A stretch of 64,000 nucleotides of DNA from an uncultured Gammaproteobacteria bacterium (GCA_963827755.1 CAWHCQ010000040.1:39716-103715), one strand, 5' to 3'. Positions 45,304-55,060 are shown, counted from the stretch's first letter. A program made the numbers and translations. The notes: generated by a model not told the origin, from the sequence alone.

Positions 45304-47667
45304 TTACTCCTTGCTCTTCAGGACTGCCACCATATCGAGATGCGACAGGTTTCGCCAGATCATAATGGCCGAAATAATGGATGAAACAATCACCACCAGC
45401 GCGGCGAAGGCGTAGACCTTCAAGCCCAGCACCAGCGGAATGCGGTACAGGTCGGAGTCGAACTGGAACGCCAGGTAGGCACACAGGCCATAGCCGATGA
45501 GCAGGCCCAGCGGAATCGCCAGCAGCGTCAGCAGGCCCATCTCGCCAAGCAGGATATAGGCGACCTCGCTGCGTTCGAAGCCGAGCACGCGCAGACTGGC
45601 CAGTTCGCGGTTACGCTCCGACAGGGCAATGCGCATGCTGTTGTAGACCACGCCGAAGGAGATGCTCGCGCCCAGCAGGGTGGTGATAAAGGTAAAGAAC
45701 AGGATGGTTTCCGCCATCGTGTCATAAAAAGAAGCAATGGCCGAGCGCTGCTCGACCACGCCGGCGATGCGCGGCATCTCCTTGAGGTCGGCATAGACCT
45801 CGCGCTGGTAACGCTCGTCCACCGTCAAGAGCGCACCGGAGATGGCATCGCCCTCCTTCAACAGGCGGTTCAGGGCCACGCGCTGCATGTAGGCATTCAC
45901 GCCGAGGTATTCTTTCGCGGTGCCGACCACCTGCACCTGCACCGTGGGGCGATGGCCTTCCAGCACTTCGATGGTGAGCATGTCACCGGTCTTTATATGC
46001 AGCAGTTCGGCCAGGTAGTCGGTGAGGATCACGCCGTCCCCGGGCAGTTCGATGCGTTTCAGATCGGTGTCGAGCAGGCGTTTCAGTTCCCCGTCCGGCT
46101 GGATGCCCTGCACCGAGGTGCGGTAGAAGCGATGCTCGAACTGCAACCTGGCCGGCACGTTGCGAAAGCCCTCGACATGTTCCACCCCCTGCAGGCTGCG
46201 CAGCGAATAAAGCGAGCGCAGCGAGGTTGGCTCGGTATAGTTGGCAACCAGGTCCTCGCGCTGGCTCAGGCTGTACTGCACGTCGACCATGTGATCGATG
46301 GCGCCTTCCTGGAAGCCGCCGATCATCATGATGGCGCTCGCCATGCTGATGCCCAGCGTGGTCAACAACGACTTCACCGGCTTGCGTTCGATGTGGCGCA
46401 GGATCATGCGCGTCGGCTGGGAGAACCAGCGCTGCAGCCCGAGCCGCTCGACCAGGGTGGCATGAAACAGTGCAGGCGGCTCCGGGCGCATCGCCTGGGC
46501 CGGCGGCAGGCGCGCGGCGCTGCGCACGGCGTAGAGCGTGCCGAGAATGGCCACCGCAAAACTGATCACGACGGCGGAAAAAATCACCTGCGGCTTGAGG
46601 GTATAGACCATGAACGGCAGGCTGTAGAACTCCATGTAGATGTGGCTCATGCCCTTGCCCATCCAGATGCCCGCAACGATGCCGCCGAGCACACCGATCG
46701 ACACGATCAGCAGCACCAGCTTGGTGTAATGCAGACCCACGGAAAAATTGCTGTAGCCGAACGCCTTCAGGCCGGCGATCTGTTCACGTTCGAGACTGAT
46801 CAGGCGGCTGATGACCACGTTGAGCAAAAAGGCCGCCACGCCGAAGAAGATCACCGGGAAAACCGTGGCAATGGTCTTCTGCTGTTTCAGTTCCTCGGTG
46901 AGAAAACGGTTCGACAGCTGGTCCTTGCGCGCGTAGGCGCCGATGCCGCCATAGGGTTTCAGCAGTTCGTCAAGCCGGTCGATGACGTCCTGTTCGTTGC
47001 CGCCCTTCTCCAGGGTGAGCGTGACATCGTTGAAGGCACCGTCCATGTCATAGGCAGTGGCCAGCGGTTTGCGGCTCATCCACAACACCCCGTAGCGCTG
47101 GAAATCGGGGAACATGGCGCCGGGTGCGATCTGGTAGATGTATTCCGGCGAGAGCGCCTGGCCGACCACGGTCAGCGTCTTGCGCCGCCCGTTGATGGTG
47201 GCGCGCAGGGTGTCGCCGGCCTGCAGGCCATGGGCGTTGGCGAACTCCTCGCTGAGCAGCACCTCGTTGTCGCGGCCCGGTTCGGGCAGGCGCCCCTTGC
47301 GCAGGTAGACCTGGTTCAGCAGGCCGCGGCTGTTATCGGGCAGCGACAGCAGGTGCCCGCTGACCGGGTCGGTAAAACCGGCGACATCGAGGTTCACGTA
47401 CGCGACCACGCGCGACTCCACCTTGTCGACAGCCGGAAGCGCCTCGATGCGGCCGAGCAGCGACAGCGGTGCGCGCTTCAGCGAGGTGAATACGTGGGCG
47501 AAATGATTGCTGCGGTAATAGTTCTCGCGGGTTTCAAACAGGGAATCCAGGGTACTCAGCGACATGATGAAGATGCTCACGCCGCTGACGATCACCAGCG
47601 CAATCGCAATCGCCTGCATGCGCATGCCCCAGAGTTCGCGCACGAGTTTTCTATCGAGGGCTTTCAT
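45304..47667 (-). CDS. MacB/FtsX-type ABC permease
   Basis: Duplicated MacB/FtsX domains, ELASLRVLGF. Confidence 0.9.
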   Translation of the reverse strand: MKALDRKLVRELWGMRMQAIAIALVIVSGVSIFIMSLSTLDSLFETRENYYRSNHFAHVFTSLKRAPLSLLGRIEALPAVDKVESRVVAYVNLDVAGFTDPVSGHLLSLPDNSRGLLNQVYLRKGRLPEPGRDNEVLLSEEFANAHGLQAGDTLRATINGRRKTLTVVGQALSPEYIYQIAPGAMFPDFQRYGVLWMSRKPLATAYDMDGAFNDVTLTLEKGGNEQDVIDRLDELLKPYGGIGAYARKDQLSNRFLTEELKQQKTIATVFPVIFFGVAAFLLNVVISRLISLEREQIAGLKAFGYSNFSVGLHYTKLVLLIVSIGVLGGIVAGIWMGKGMSHIYMEFYSLPFMVYTLKPQVIFSAVVISFAVAILGTLYAVRSAARLPPAQAMRPEPPALFHATLVERLGLQRWFSQPTRMILRHIERKPVKSLLTTLGISMASAIMMIGGFQEGAIDHMVDVQYSLSQREDLVANYTEPTSLRSLYSLRSLQGVEHVEGFRNVPARLQFEHRFYRTSVQGIQPDGELKRLLDTDLKRIELPGDGVILTDYLAELLHIKTGDMLTIEVLEGHRPTVQVQVVGTAKEYLGVNAYMQRVALNRLLKEGDAISGALLTVDERYQREVYADLKEMPRIAGVVEQRSAIASFYDTMAETILFFTFITTLLGASISFGVVYNSMRIALSERNRELASLRVLGFERSEVAYILLGEMGLLTLLAIPLGLLIGYGLCAYLAFQFDSDLYRIPLVLGLKVYAFAALVVIVSSIISAIMIWRNLSHLDMVAVLKSKE

Positions 47668-47677
47668 CCAGCGGTGA

Positions 47678-48430
47678 CTACCAGCTGAGCTCGCGGGGCT
47701 CGAGCTTCGTCTCGTTGACGTGCATCTCGCTGATACGCCCGTCGGAGAGGTGAATCACCCGGTCCGCCATCTGTGCGATCCCCGCGTTGTGCGTGATCAC
47801 GGCCGTGGTCGTACCCAGCTCCCGGTTGACCCGCTGCAGCGCCTCCAGCACCACGATGCCGGTTTCGGAGTCGAGCGCACCGGTCGGTTCGTCGCACAGC
47901 AGCACGCGCGGGTTCTTGGCAATGGCGCGGGCAATCGCCACGCGCTGCTGCTCGCCGCCGGAAAGCTGGGCCGGAAAATGATCGAGGCGCTCGGCCAGGC
48001 CGACCAGTTGCAGCGCCTCTTCCGGCGGCATCGGGTCTTTCGCAATCTCGGTGACCACGGCGACATTCTCGCGCGCAGTCAGGCTCGGGATCAGGTTGTA
48101 AAACTGGAACACGAAGCCGACGTGGAAACGCCGGTATTGCGTCAATTCCGATTCACTGGCACGGGTCAGTTCGCGCTCGCCGTAGAACACGTGACCCTCG
48201 GTCGGCGTATCCAGCCCGCCGAGGATATTCAACAGCGTGGATTTACCACTGCCCGAGGCGCCCAGCAACACCGCGAATTCCCCGCTGTACAGGTCGAGGT
48301 CCACCCCGCGCAGGGCGTGCACCTGCACCTCTCCCATCTGGTAGACCTTGGTGACGCCGTGGACGTGAAACACCACGTCTTTACCGAGTGGTTCATGCGC
48401 CTGCTGCACGTCATCCGTTACCTTGTTCAC
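47678..48430 (-). CDS. ABC transporter ATP-binding protein
   Basis: [29 protein letters not shown]. Confidence 0.93.
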   Translation of the reverse strand: MNKVTDDVQQAHEPLGKDVVFHVHGVTKVYQMGEVQVHALRGVDLDLYSGEFAVLLGASGSGKSTLLNILGGLDTPTEGHVFYGERELTRASESELTQYRRFHVGFVFQFYNLIPSLTARENVAVVTEIAKDPMPPEEALQLVGLAERLDHFPAQLSGGEQQRVAIARAIAKNPRVLLCDEPTGALDSETGIVVLEALQRVNRELGTTTAVITHNAGIAQMADRVIHLSDGRISEMHVNETKLEPRELSW

Positions 48431-48520
48431 CGCTGAAGTATAACAGGCGGGAACGTCAGGTCAGACATGCAGGCACTCGAACCTCTATCGCCGCAGCGCG
48501 CTCTGCGCAAAGCTGCAGCG

Positions 48521-49126
48521 CTACGCAAAGCTGTTTTTAATGACCACCTCATCCAGATCCAGCTGACCCGGCCGTGGCCACGCCTCCTTTGTGCCCTTGC
48601 CAATCGCGACGAACATGGCGATCACATGGTCGTCGGGAAGCTGAATCAGCTCGGCAACCTTGTCGAAATCGAAGCCATCCATCGGGCATGAGTCATAGCC
48701 CAGCGCTTTTGCGGCAAGCATCAATGTCTGTGCGACGATGCCGCAGGAGCGCATGGCCTCGTCCCGCTGCACCTGGTCCTTGTCCCGATAGTAGGCATCG
48801 ATCGCCGGCAGCATGAACGCCTGGACATCTTTATGTGCGTTGGCCCAGTAGCGTTCCGGCTGCTTCTCCCATGACTTCAGGTCGGCACACAGCACGATGA
48901 ACAGCGACGTATCCGTCACCTGCGCCTGGTCCCAGGCAACCTCCCTGATCTGTTTTCTCAAATCCGGATCAGAGACCACGACAAAACGCCAGTTTTGTAT
49001 ATTGAACGCCGTTGGAGAAAGTATCGCCAAAGACAGCAACTCATCCACTTCAGCTTCGCTCATGCGGTGGCCTGCATCGAAGTGCTTGATTGCCCGGCGT
49101 GTACGTATTGCATCGACTGTTTTCAT
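48521..49126 (-). CDS. Nitroreductase family protein
   Basis: RRAIKHF, SPTAFNIQNWRF, SCPMDGFD. Confidence 0.92.
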   Translation of the reverse strand: MKTVDAIRTRRAIKHFDAGHRMSEAEVDELLSLAILSPTAFNIQNWRFVVVSDPDLRKQIREVAWDQAQVTDTSLFIVLCADLKSWEKQPERYWANAHKDVQAFMLPAIDAYYRDKDQVQRDEAMRSCGIVAQTLMLAAKALGYDSCPMDGFDFDKVAELIQLPDDHVIAMFVAIGKGTKEAWPRPGQLDLDEVVIKNSFA

Positions 49127-49471
49127 CTACTCTCTCCGTGTTTCTGTAAATAGCACTATAAAGGCTTGGGAATACTTTTTGCACCCGCCTCCCTCAAATC
49201 CAGGGACTGCTGTTATTTCATCGAGACCCGGGACATCGGGTCGGGACATTTGTTTGCCGTAAGGGCCATCATCTTCCTTACCTGGGTTTGCGGCCCCTGA
49301 AGGCATTTGCACACATCACTACCGGCTGCATTCAAATCAGGGCCGGCAAGGACCGGGTGAATAGCAGCGCGACAGCATGGACCTTGCATCGGTACCAATA
49401 CCAAGTATGTTAATCGGCCCCGTTGATGCGGCCGCACCGTGCGCATGCCGCCGCCTGGTACCGGGTTTGCG

Positions 49472-50302
49472 TTATTGCCCGGCCAATGCATTGCCGAGAA
49501 AGCTTTCCAGCCCCTGCACATAGTCCCTGCCGCTGACCATGAAGCCGTCATTGTGCCCGCCGCGCAGTTCGAGAAACTGCTTCGGTTCATTGGCCGCCGC
49601 AAACAGGCGCTTGCCGTTGGCGAACGGAATGATTTCGTCATCGCGGCTGTGCACGATCAATACCGGGCTATGGATATCCGCCAGTTTCTTCCCGGTGTTG
49701 TAGCGGAAGCGGCTCAGCCAGCGCACCGGCAGCCAGGGATAGAGCGTGGCCGCGATGTCGGGCACCGAGGTAAACGCGGACTCCAGGATCACACCGGCAG
49801 CGCGCTGCCGGCTCGCCAGGTCAGCGGCAATCGCCGCGCCGAGCGAGCGGCCGAACAGAATGACCTGCTGCGGCGGAATCCCGCGCTGCGCGACAAGATA
49901 CTCCCAGGCGGCGTCCACATCCCGGTATGTTCCCTGTTCGCCTGGCCGGCCGCTGCTGCGCCCGTAGCCACGGTAGTCGAAGATCAGCACCGCCAGGCCA
50001 AGGTCGTGGAACAGGCGAATGGAGTCGAGCCGGTGGGCGATGTTGCCGGCATTGCCGTGGCAGAACAGCAGCACGCCGCGCGCGTCGCCTGCCGGAACGA
50101 ACCAGGCGTCGAGCTGCTCGCCGTCGCGGGTGGCGAGGGTCAGCGGCTCGAAGTCCAGACCGATATCCGCGGGGGTCGCCACGATCTCGCGGGAGGGCAT
50201 ATCGGGAAAGTAGAGTAGCCCGGGCTGGTAGAAAAACAGTGCAGCGGCGAGTGCGGCATAGCCGACGGCAAAGACGGATACAGCAGACAGGAGCGTGTTC
50301 AT
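49472..50302 (-). CDS. Alpha/beta hydrolase (ABHD-like)
   Basis: HGNAGN, DYRGYG, GRSLG, GGHND. Confidence 0.92.
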   Translation of the reverse strand: MNTLLSAVSVFAVGYAALAAALFFYQPGLLYFPDMPSREIVATPADIGLDFEPLTLATRDGEQLDAWFVPAGDARGVLLFCHGNAGNIAHRLDSIRLFHDLGLAVLIFDYRGYGRSSGRPGEQGTYRDVDAAWEYLVAQRGIPPQQVILFGRSLGAAIAADLASRQRAAGVILESAFTSVPDIAATLYPWLPVRWLSRFRYNTGKKLADIHSPVLIVHSRDDEIIPFANGKRLFAAANEPKQFLELRGGHNDGFMVSGRDYVQGLESFLGNALAGQ

Positions 50303-50371
50303 GGCATCAGTCCTTCAGGCGCGGGTAAACGGTGCGTTTATCATATATCCCCGGCATAAGCCTGTTACAGG

Positions 50372-50665
50372 CTACAGACAGGCGGCCCGCGTGGACAGGC
50401 ATTCGTCACCGCCCATCTCGAAGTCGCGGCAAATCCACGGCCGCTGCGCGTAAATCATGCAGCGCATGGAATCCCGGTCCAGGGCCGCACACCAGCCATC
50501 GTCCAGTCGCGCCATGGTCCGGCCGCCCCACGCGTCTTCCTGGATGTAATTTTCGGGCACCCCGGTCTCGGTAACAAGCATCACCTCCAGGCGGCAACAG
50601 CAGGCATCGCAGTTTATACAGGTGGTCTCGCTTGCAGACGGGGGGACAGGATCGATGCTCATCAT
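50372..50665 (-). CDS. YkgJ family cysteine cluster protein
   Basis: CINCDACC...CAAL...CMIYAQRPWICRDF. Confidence 0.88.
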   Translation of the reverse strand: MMSIDPVPPSASETTCINCDACCCRLEVMLVTETGVPENYIQEDAWGGRTMARLDDGWCAALDRDSMRCMIYAQRPWICRDFEMGGDECLSTRAACL

Positions 50666-50772
50666 TGACTTTTCATGACCGGTAAAGGCACCCGCTTATA
50701 TCCCGCCGGGTGTATGGCAGAGGATTTTAACGCTGCAGCGCGTACGGCTGACAGCAAGGCCCGGAACTTTTT

Positions 50773-51018
50773 TCAAAAACCGGCACTGAGCACCAGAAAT
50801 ACATAGGGTATCCCCAGGGCGCTGCCGATGGTGACCAGGAACAGGGGCCATGACCAGTCCGTAAAAAAACGGGCCCGCTTCGAGAAACGGGAAACCAGGA
50901 ACAGGACCGACAGCACGACCCAGGCCAGAAGACAGACCTGTATACCCGGGAAACCGATCACCAGGGCGAGGATGGTCCCTGCTATCAGGCCAAGCGATTT
51001 AAGCAGCTTTGCTGTCAT
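50773..51018 (-). CDS. Small membrane hypothetical protein
   Basis: About three hydrophobic segments; fills the gap co-directionally. Confidence 0.55.
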   Translation of the reverse strand: MTAKLLKSLGLIAGTILALVIGFPGIQVCLLAWVVLSVLFLVSRFSKRARFFTDWSWPLFLVTIGSALGIPYVFLVLSAGF

Positions 51019-51069
51019 ATAAAGTTCCGGCTCAGCCTGTTTTCAGGCCCTGACTGCCCCCAAAATAAT

Positions 51070-51130
51070 GGAAATAATGGGGTCAGATCCTGGTTGCATC
51101 TAATATTAGCGGAAACTGGGATCTGACCCC
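51070..51130. repeat. GGGGTCAGATCC...GGATCTGACCCC hairpin, direct-repeat copy 1
   Basis: 12 bp stem 51079-51090 / 51119-51130; repeated at 51658-51711. Confidence 0.85.
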
Positions 51131-51132
51131 TG

Positions 51133-51645
51133 TTATTCTTTCTCAGCCAGATCCTTCAATGCCTTGTTCATTGAATTCAGCATCGGGGGAACACCTTTTT
51201 CCATCTGTCCGCAAAAAACCGGAGCGAGCAAACCACTAAACATCTCTTTGTGCGTCAATCGCGTGCCTGAGTCAGTTTGTTCAAGTTCAAATATCTTGTC
51301 GTTAGTGAAAATAAATCCAGCCAACATGTGAGCACGCCAGTGAAAATAATATGGCTCTTCAAGTTCAGTGATTGCTGGATTATATTTCGGACCATCCTTG
51401 CCTTTCTCTTTACCCGCCATGGTTATACTGAGCGTCGACCCAACAGTGGCTGCACCATGTGATTCATTGATAATCGGGCTCCATTCCTGCCAATTGTCAA
51501 TGTCCGTTATGATGGACCAGACTTTAGATGGCGGCGCTGAAATTTCGATGACGGTTTTAATTTCCTGCACTTTGCTTCCTTCTATCGCAAGGTATATGAG
51601 CCCGGCAAAAACCAGCCCCACGAATATTATTACAGTTTTCTTCAT
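51133..51645 (-). CDS. SRPBCC family protein
   Basis: IEISAPPSKVWSIITD...WQEWSP, MNKALK; low GC. Confidence 0.85.
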   Translation of the reverse strand: MKKTVIIFVGLVFAGLIYLAIEGSKVQEIKTVIEISAPPSKVWSIITDIDNWQEWSPIINESHGAATVGSTLSITMAGKEKGKDGPKYNPAITELEEPYYFHWRAHMLAGFIFTNDKIFELEQTDSGTRLTHKEMFSGLLAPVFCGQMEKGVPPMLNSMNKALKDLAEKE

Positions 51646-51657
51646 AATCTTGACTGC

Positions 51658-51711
51658 GGAAATAATGGGGTCAGATCCTAGTTGCTTCTAATATTAGCGG
51701 AAACTGGGATC
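51658..51711. repeat. Direct-repeat copy 2 (truncated hairpin)
   Basis: 52 of 54 bases identical to 51070-51123. Confidence 0.85.
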
Positions 51712-51753
51712 ATAATTACACCTCAGTGATAGTCTTCATAATCAACAAGGTCA

Positions 51754-51842
51754 GCATAACGATTAGCATAAGGTGCGGACAAAAGCGGAGCTTTTGTTCG
51801 TCCAGTGAGCGAAAGCGAACGTGCTTGATGCGCTTGTTATAC
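51754..51842 (-). other. attC site
   Basis: Minus strand GTATAAC...GTTATGC with internal dyad. Confidence 0.85.
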
Positions 51843-51851
51843 GCTTTTTCA

Positions 51852-52229
51852 TTAATTCTCTACAGGCTGCATTAAATGAACAACTGCACCTGTTGGGTCA
51901 GAAACTGCACATACACGACCAACATCAGGGACATCATGTGGTGGTACTAAAACTTCACCACCAAGTGCTTTTGTTTGTTTTACGCAATCATCAATATCAT
52001 CAACTGCTATATATGAGTGCCAATACGAACCTTTTCCTGGTGTATCCATAGTTGGGTTCATCATGCCTGCAACATCTTCGCCATTCTTTTGAAACAAAGT
52101 GTATGTACCGAATTCACCTGCATCAACTTTTTTCAACTTCCAACCAAATAGCTTACTAAAAAATGTACCACTTGTATCTTGATCGGAGGTTACGAGTTCT
52201 TGCCAAATAAAAGGATTCTGTTCAGACAT
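51852..52229 (-). CDS. VOC/glyoxalase family cassette
   Basis: FIWQEL, FFSKLFGW, WHSYIAVDD, DPTGA. Confidence 0.88.
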   Translation of the reverse strand: MSEQNPFIWQELVTSDQDTSGTFFSKLFGWKLKKVDAGEFGTYTLFQKNGEDVAGMMNPTMDTPGKGSYWHSYIAVDDIDDCVKQTKALGGEVLVPPHDVPDVGRVCAVSDPTGAVVHLMQPVEN

Positions 52230-52252
52230 GAATATTCTCCATTTATTATTGC

Positions 52253-52327
52253 GTATAACGATTGAATTGAGCGGTGCGCGTTAGCGCGTCCGGCCCCGAA
52301 GGGGCGCACTCGAATGACTTGTTAGGG
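52253..52327 (-). other. attC site
   Basis: Minus strand CCCTAAC...GTTATAC. Confidence 0.85.
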
Positions 52328-52330
52328 CTA

Positions 52331-52675
52331 TTACCCTTTAGGTTGAGTAATTGCATGTTTTACTACAGCCTTCAGGTCTTGAAGAGGCAATTGGTCATGG
52401 GGCTTAAAATTAATGCAGCCTTTACCTGTTTTGATTTTTGGATGCTTTTCTTTGAAACCAGCAATATGGTGATATCCACAAGTATAAAGCGAAACGTAGT
52501 TTTTCTGATTTGCCAATGCCACCCATCCATCACCATATTGATAGGTTGGCATTTTGTATTTCATATCGACTCTAACCTTTGGATATAAGCCGACAATTAG
52601 ATTATGTAGTGCATCCATCATCTGTTTCCGATCTTTTGGAACCGATGCAAAATACGTTTCAACAGCTTTATCCAT
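52331..52675 (-). CDS. DUF1801/YdhG-like cassette
   Basis: VETYF, YKMPTY, QKNYVSLY, GKGCINF. Confidence 0.8.
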   Translation of the reverse strand: MDKAVETYFASVPKDRKQMMDALHNLIVGLYPKVRVDMKYKMPTYQYGDGWVALANQKNYVSLYTCGYHHIAGFKEKHPKIKTGKGCINFKPHDQLPLQDLKAVVKHAITQPKG

Positions 52676-52690
52676 CGTCGTATGTATTTT

Positions 52691-52780
52691 CCCTAAGGTT
52701 TGAGCCATGCCGCGCTGCCACTGACATCCCCGCGCAGCGCCACAATACTATCGAGCGTCGGTTCGGACGACTTGATATAT
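52691..52780 (-). other. Degenerate attC site
   Basis: Minus strand ATATAtC...cTTAGGG; each box is one base from the core predicted by the neighbouring cassettes. Confidence 0.65.
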
Positions 52781-52791
52781 GCCGGCATGCA

Positions 52792-53124
52792 CTAAACCTG
52801 CTGAGCAGCTGCTAAAAAATATTTTCTCCATCTACTCCTCTTTCCATCATCAGGGTTATCAAAAAGAGCATACCCCCTTTTTACATGCCCATTAGGAAAA
52901 TACTTTAATGGTTTTGCCTCTCCATTTCTTATCAGCTTTTCGACTTCGTGCTCTGGTAATTTGAACGCCAATCCTACAGGCGACCACGAAGCACAAATTG
53001 CTTTATTGACATAAAGTACCGCACCGCTAAAAAAGTGTTTGGTCTCCATTGGCAACTCAACCTCATCCTTAATATTAAGTTCGGAGATGAGATGAGAGAG
53101 TTTTTCAAGATACTCTTTAGCCAT
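52792..53124 (-). CDS. TfoX N-terminal-like cassette
   Basis: KHFFSGAVLYVN, GLAFKLP, KYFPNG. Confidence 0.65.
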   Translation of the reverse strand: MAKEYLEKLSHLISELNIKDEVELPMETKHFFSGAVLYVNKAICASWSPVGLAFKLPEHEVEKLIRNGEAKPLKYFPNGHVKRGYALFDNPDDGKRSRWRKYFLAAAQQV

Positions 53125-53138
53125 AAACCTTCAGAGGC

Positions 53139-53270
53139 ATATAACGCCAAGTTAAGCGGCGGCCAGTGCGGAGCGCCGTTTGCGCAACAATGACGAAGCC
53201 ATGCGCAATAAGGTACGGAGTACTGGACGTCCGAGTGAGCGCAGCGAACGGCTTGAATACCTTGTTATGC
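53139..53270 (-). other. attC site
   Basis: Minus strand GCATAAC (contains the stop of the upstream gene)...GTTATAT. Confidence 0.85.
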
Positions 53271-53681
53271 GTTTTCATCTTTTGGGCCCACCCAGAACAA
53301 CGGATTATGGGCGATCTCCCACAGGTGTCCATCGAGATCTTTGAAGTAACCACTGTAGCCACCCCAGAACGCCTTCTGGGGCTTTTTAACCAGCGTTGCG
53401 CCAGCCGCCACTGCTTGATCTACAACCTTATTAACCTCTTTTTCCGATTCGACGTTGTGGGCCAGGGTAAATGCTTCAAACCCAATTCCCTCAGCCGAAA
53501 CCTGGGCATCCTCCGCCAATGCTTCGCGCCCGTACAGACCTAGCCAAGTGCCATTCAGCGTGAAGAAGGCCACTTCCGGTGGGGACTCCATTCGAGGCAA
53601 CCCCAGCCCCTTTTCGTAAAAATCGATAGCCGCAGCCAGTTCTCGAACACCGAGAGTGATCATGCTAATTCTTGGCTTCAT
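53265..53681 (-). CDS. VOC/glyoxalase family cassette
   Basis: MKPRISMITLGV, FWGGYSGYFKDLDGHLWEIA. Confidence 0.9.
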   Translation of the reverse strand: MKPRISMITLGVRELAAAIDFYEKGLGLPRMESPPEVAFFTLNGTWLGLYGREALAEDAQVSAEGIGFEAFTLAHNVESEKEVNKVVDQAVAAGATLVKKPQKAFWGGYSGYFKDLDGHLWEIAHNPLFWVGPKDENA

Positions 53682-53703
53682 TACTTGATCGATCCTTTCT
53701 CAC

Positions 53704-53760
53704 GCATAACGTCTAAGCCAGGCAGCGGCGAAGTCGTCTGACTTGGGCGCCTTGTTAGCC
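53704..53760 (-). other. attC site (57 bp)
   Basis: Minus strand GGCTAAC...GTTATGC. Confidence 0.85.
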
Positions 53761-53762
53761 AC

Positions 53763-54020
53763 CTATAACTCGTACTCTTTTACAATAAATGCCGATGACT
53801 TTGAATGATCGATGAAATTCCCTTCATCTGCCAGTAACGCAGCACCCAATTTCCGGCCCTCAGGTGAACTCATGCCCTCAACCAGTGCTTCTTCTGATTC
53901 AAACCATACCTCGGCGACCCCATCATATTCAGGCAACATTCCTCGAGAAGTTTTTAGGCCTTCGTTCAACGGGGTATCCAGTGTGTGTGATTGAACAGTA
54001 TCTTTTTGCGCCCATCGCGA
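53763..54020 (-). pseudogene. 5'-truncated EthD-family cassette
   Basis: Y-VQSHTL...YDGVAEVWF...DEGNFID; N-terminus replaced by an attC half. Confidence 0.7.
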
Positions 54021-54140
54021 GCGCCTTGTTATGCGTCACTTGCCTACCTTTGAAATATTCTTACCTTATTTAGTACTTCTTCCGCGGTTTGAGAATGCTC
54101 TTAGGCACTATTTCCCATGCCCGAGCTTTGGCGCAGCAAC

Positions 54141-54329
54141 CTACAAAGCATCAAATTTCGCCTTCATGTCGGCCATCCATTTCATTCCTTCTTCCCTGGA
54201 CTTGTTTGCATTGTTGGCCATTACGTCCGCATGATCAGACAAATAATGACGCTTCATCTGCTCGAACCATTTATCGAAGGTGTCTGCTGAGATATTCTTA
54301 TCGCACATGTCACAGGAAAGAGTTTTCAT
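54141..54329 (-). CDS. Small cassette protein (DUF1059-like, CxxC plus HxxxxH)
   Basis: GAGGAGG RBS; MKTLSCDMCD...HYLSDH. Confidence 0.65.
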   Translation of the reverse strand: MKTLSCDMCDKNISADTFDKWFEQMKRHYLSDHADVMANNANKSREEGMKWMADMKAKFDAL

Positions 54330-54354
54330 AACTTACCTCCTCAGTTGTTTTGAC

Positions 54355-54415
54355 GCCTAACGCCTCGCATCAGCGGCCCAGCTTTGCTGGGTCCGTCTGC
54401 ATGCGTTTGTTAGCG
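54355..54415 (-). other. attC site
   Basis: Minus strand CGCTAAC...GTTAGGC. Confidence 0.85.
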
Positions 54416-54419
54416 GGCT

Positions 54420-54965
54420 CTACTCCCGCCAATGCTGGAGTTGATTTAAAACATCTGAACACTGAACCCTCCCTTTTTTCATACCGATTACACCGGCCTT
54501 CAATTCGCGAACCATCCAGGCATCTGCGTGCTCCGATGGAATCGGATAAGGAGCTTCAAAGCAAAACTGTCCCGCGGCTTGAAACCCAAACTTCGGATAG
54601 TAACCAGGATGACCCAGCACGAAAACCAAGTCCACACCTGATTCTGCCAAATGTTTCAGACCTTCTCTAATCAATGCACTTCCAATACCCTGGCCTTGAA
54701 AGTCACTTGAAATTGCTAGTGGTGCGAGTATCCGAACTGTGGTTTCTTGATCCTCGGGTAGGATTCGAGCCACTGTGAAAAGAATATGGCCTACCAGCTT
54801 TTCGTCTGTTTCTGCTACTAACGAAAGCAAAGGCTTTGCTGTCTCATCGTCCAGCAAACTATTGACCAGTTCCACAATCTCCTGGCCTTGACTCTGCCCA
54901 AAGGCACTCATGTGGATAGCATCAATTGCAGTACGGTCAGATTCGGTAGCCCTCCTTATATTCAA
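54420..54965 (-). CDS. GNAT acetyltransferase (YhbS-like) cassette
   Basis: VGHILF, LAPLAI, QGQGIGSALI, VLGHPGYYPKFGF; TTG start after attC. Confidence 0.88.
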   Translation of the reverse strand: MNIRRATESDRTAIDAIHMSAFGQSQGQEIVELVNSLLDDETAKPLLSLVAETDEKLVGHILFTVARILPEDQETTVRILAPLAISSDFQGQGIGSALIREGLKHLAESGVDLVFVLGHPGYYPKFGFQAAGQFCFEAPYPIPSEHADAWMVRELKAGVIGMKKGRVQCSDVLNQLQHWRE

Positions 54966-54985
54966 AATGGCCTTCTCGTACAGCC

Positions 54986-55060
54986 TGCTAACGTTTAAAC
55001 TCTGTCGCCGCCGAAGAAGCACCAGCGACGGAGGTGGTCGGCAGGGGTGACTTGATGTGT
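54986..55060 (-). other. attC site with mutated R'' box
   Basis: Minus strand ACACAtC...GTTAGCA. Confidence 0.65.

Noticed and set aside
45952-47688. 578 aa plus-strand ORF and similar long antisense ORFs (172..951, 1461..2627)
   Set aside because: Shadow frames of well-supported opposite-strand genes
49127-49440. Short ORFs between the nitroreductase and hydrolase genes
   Set aside because: No recognisable motif or RBS; competing frames
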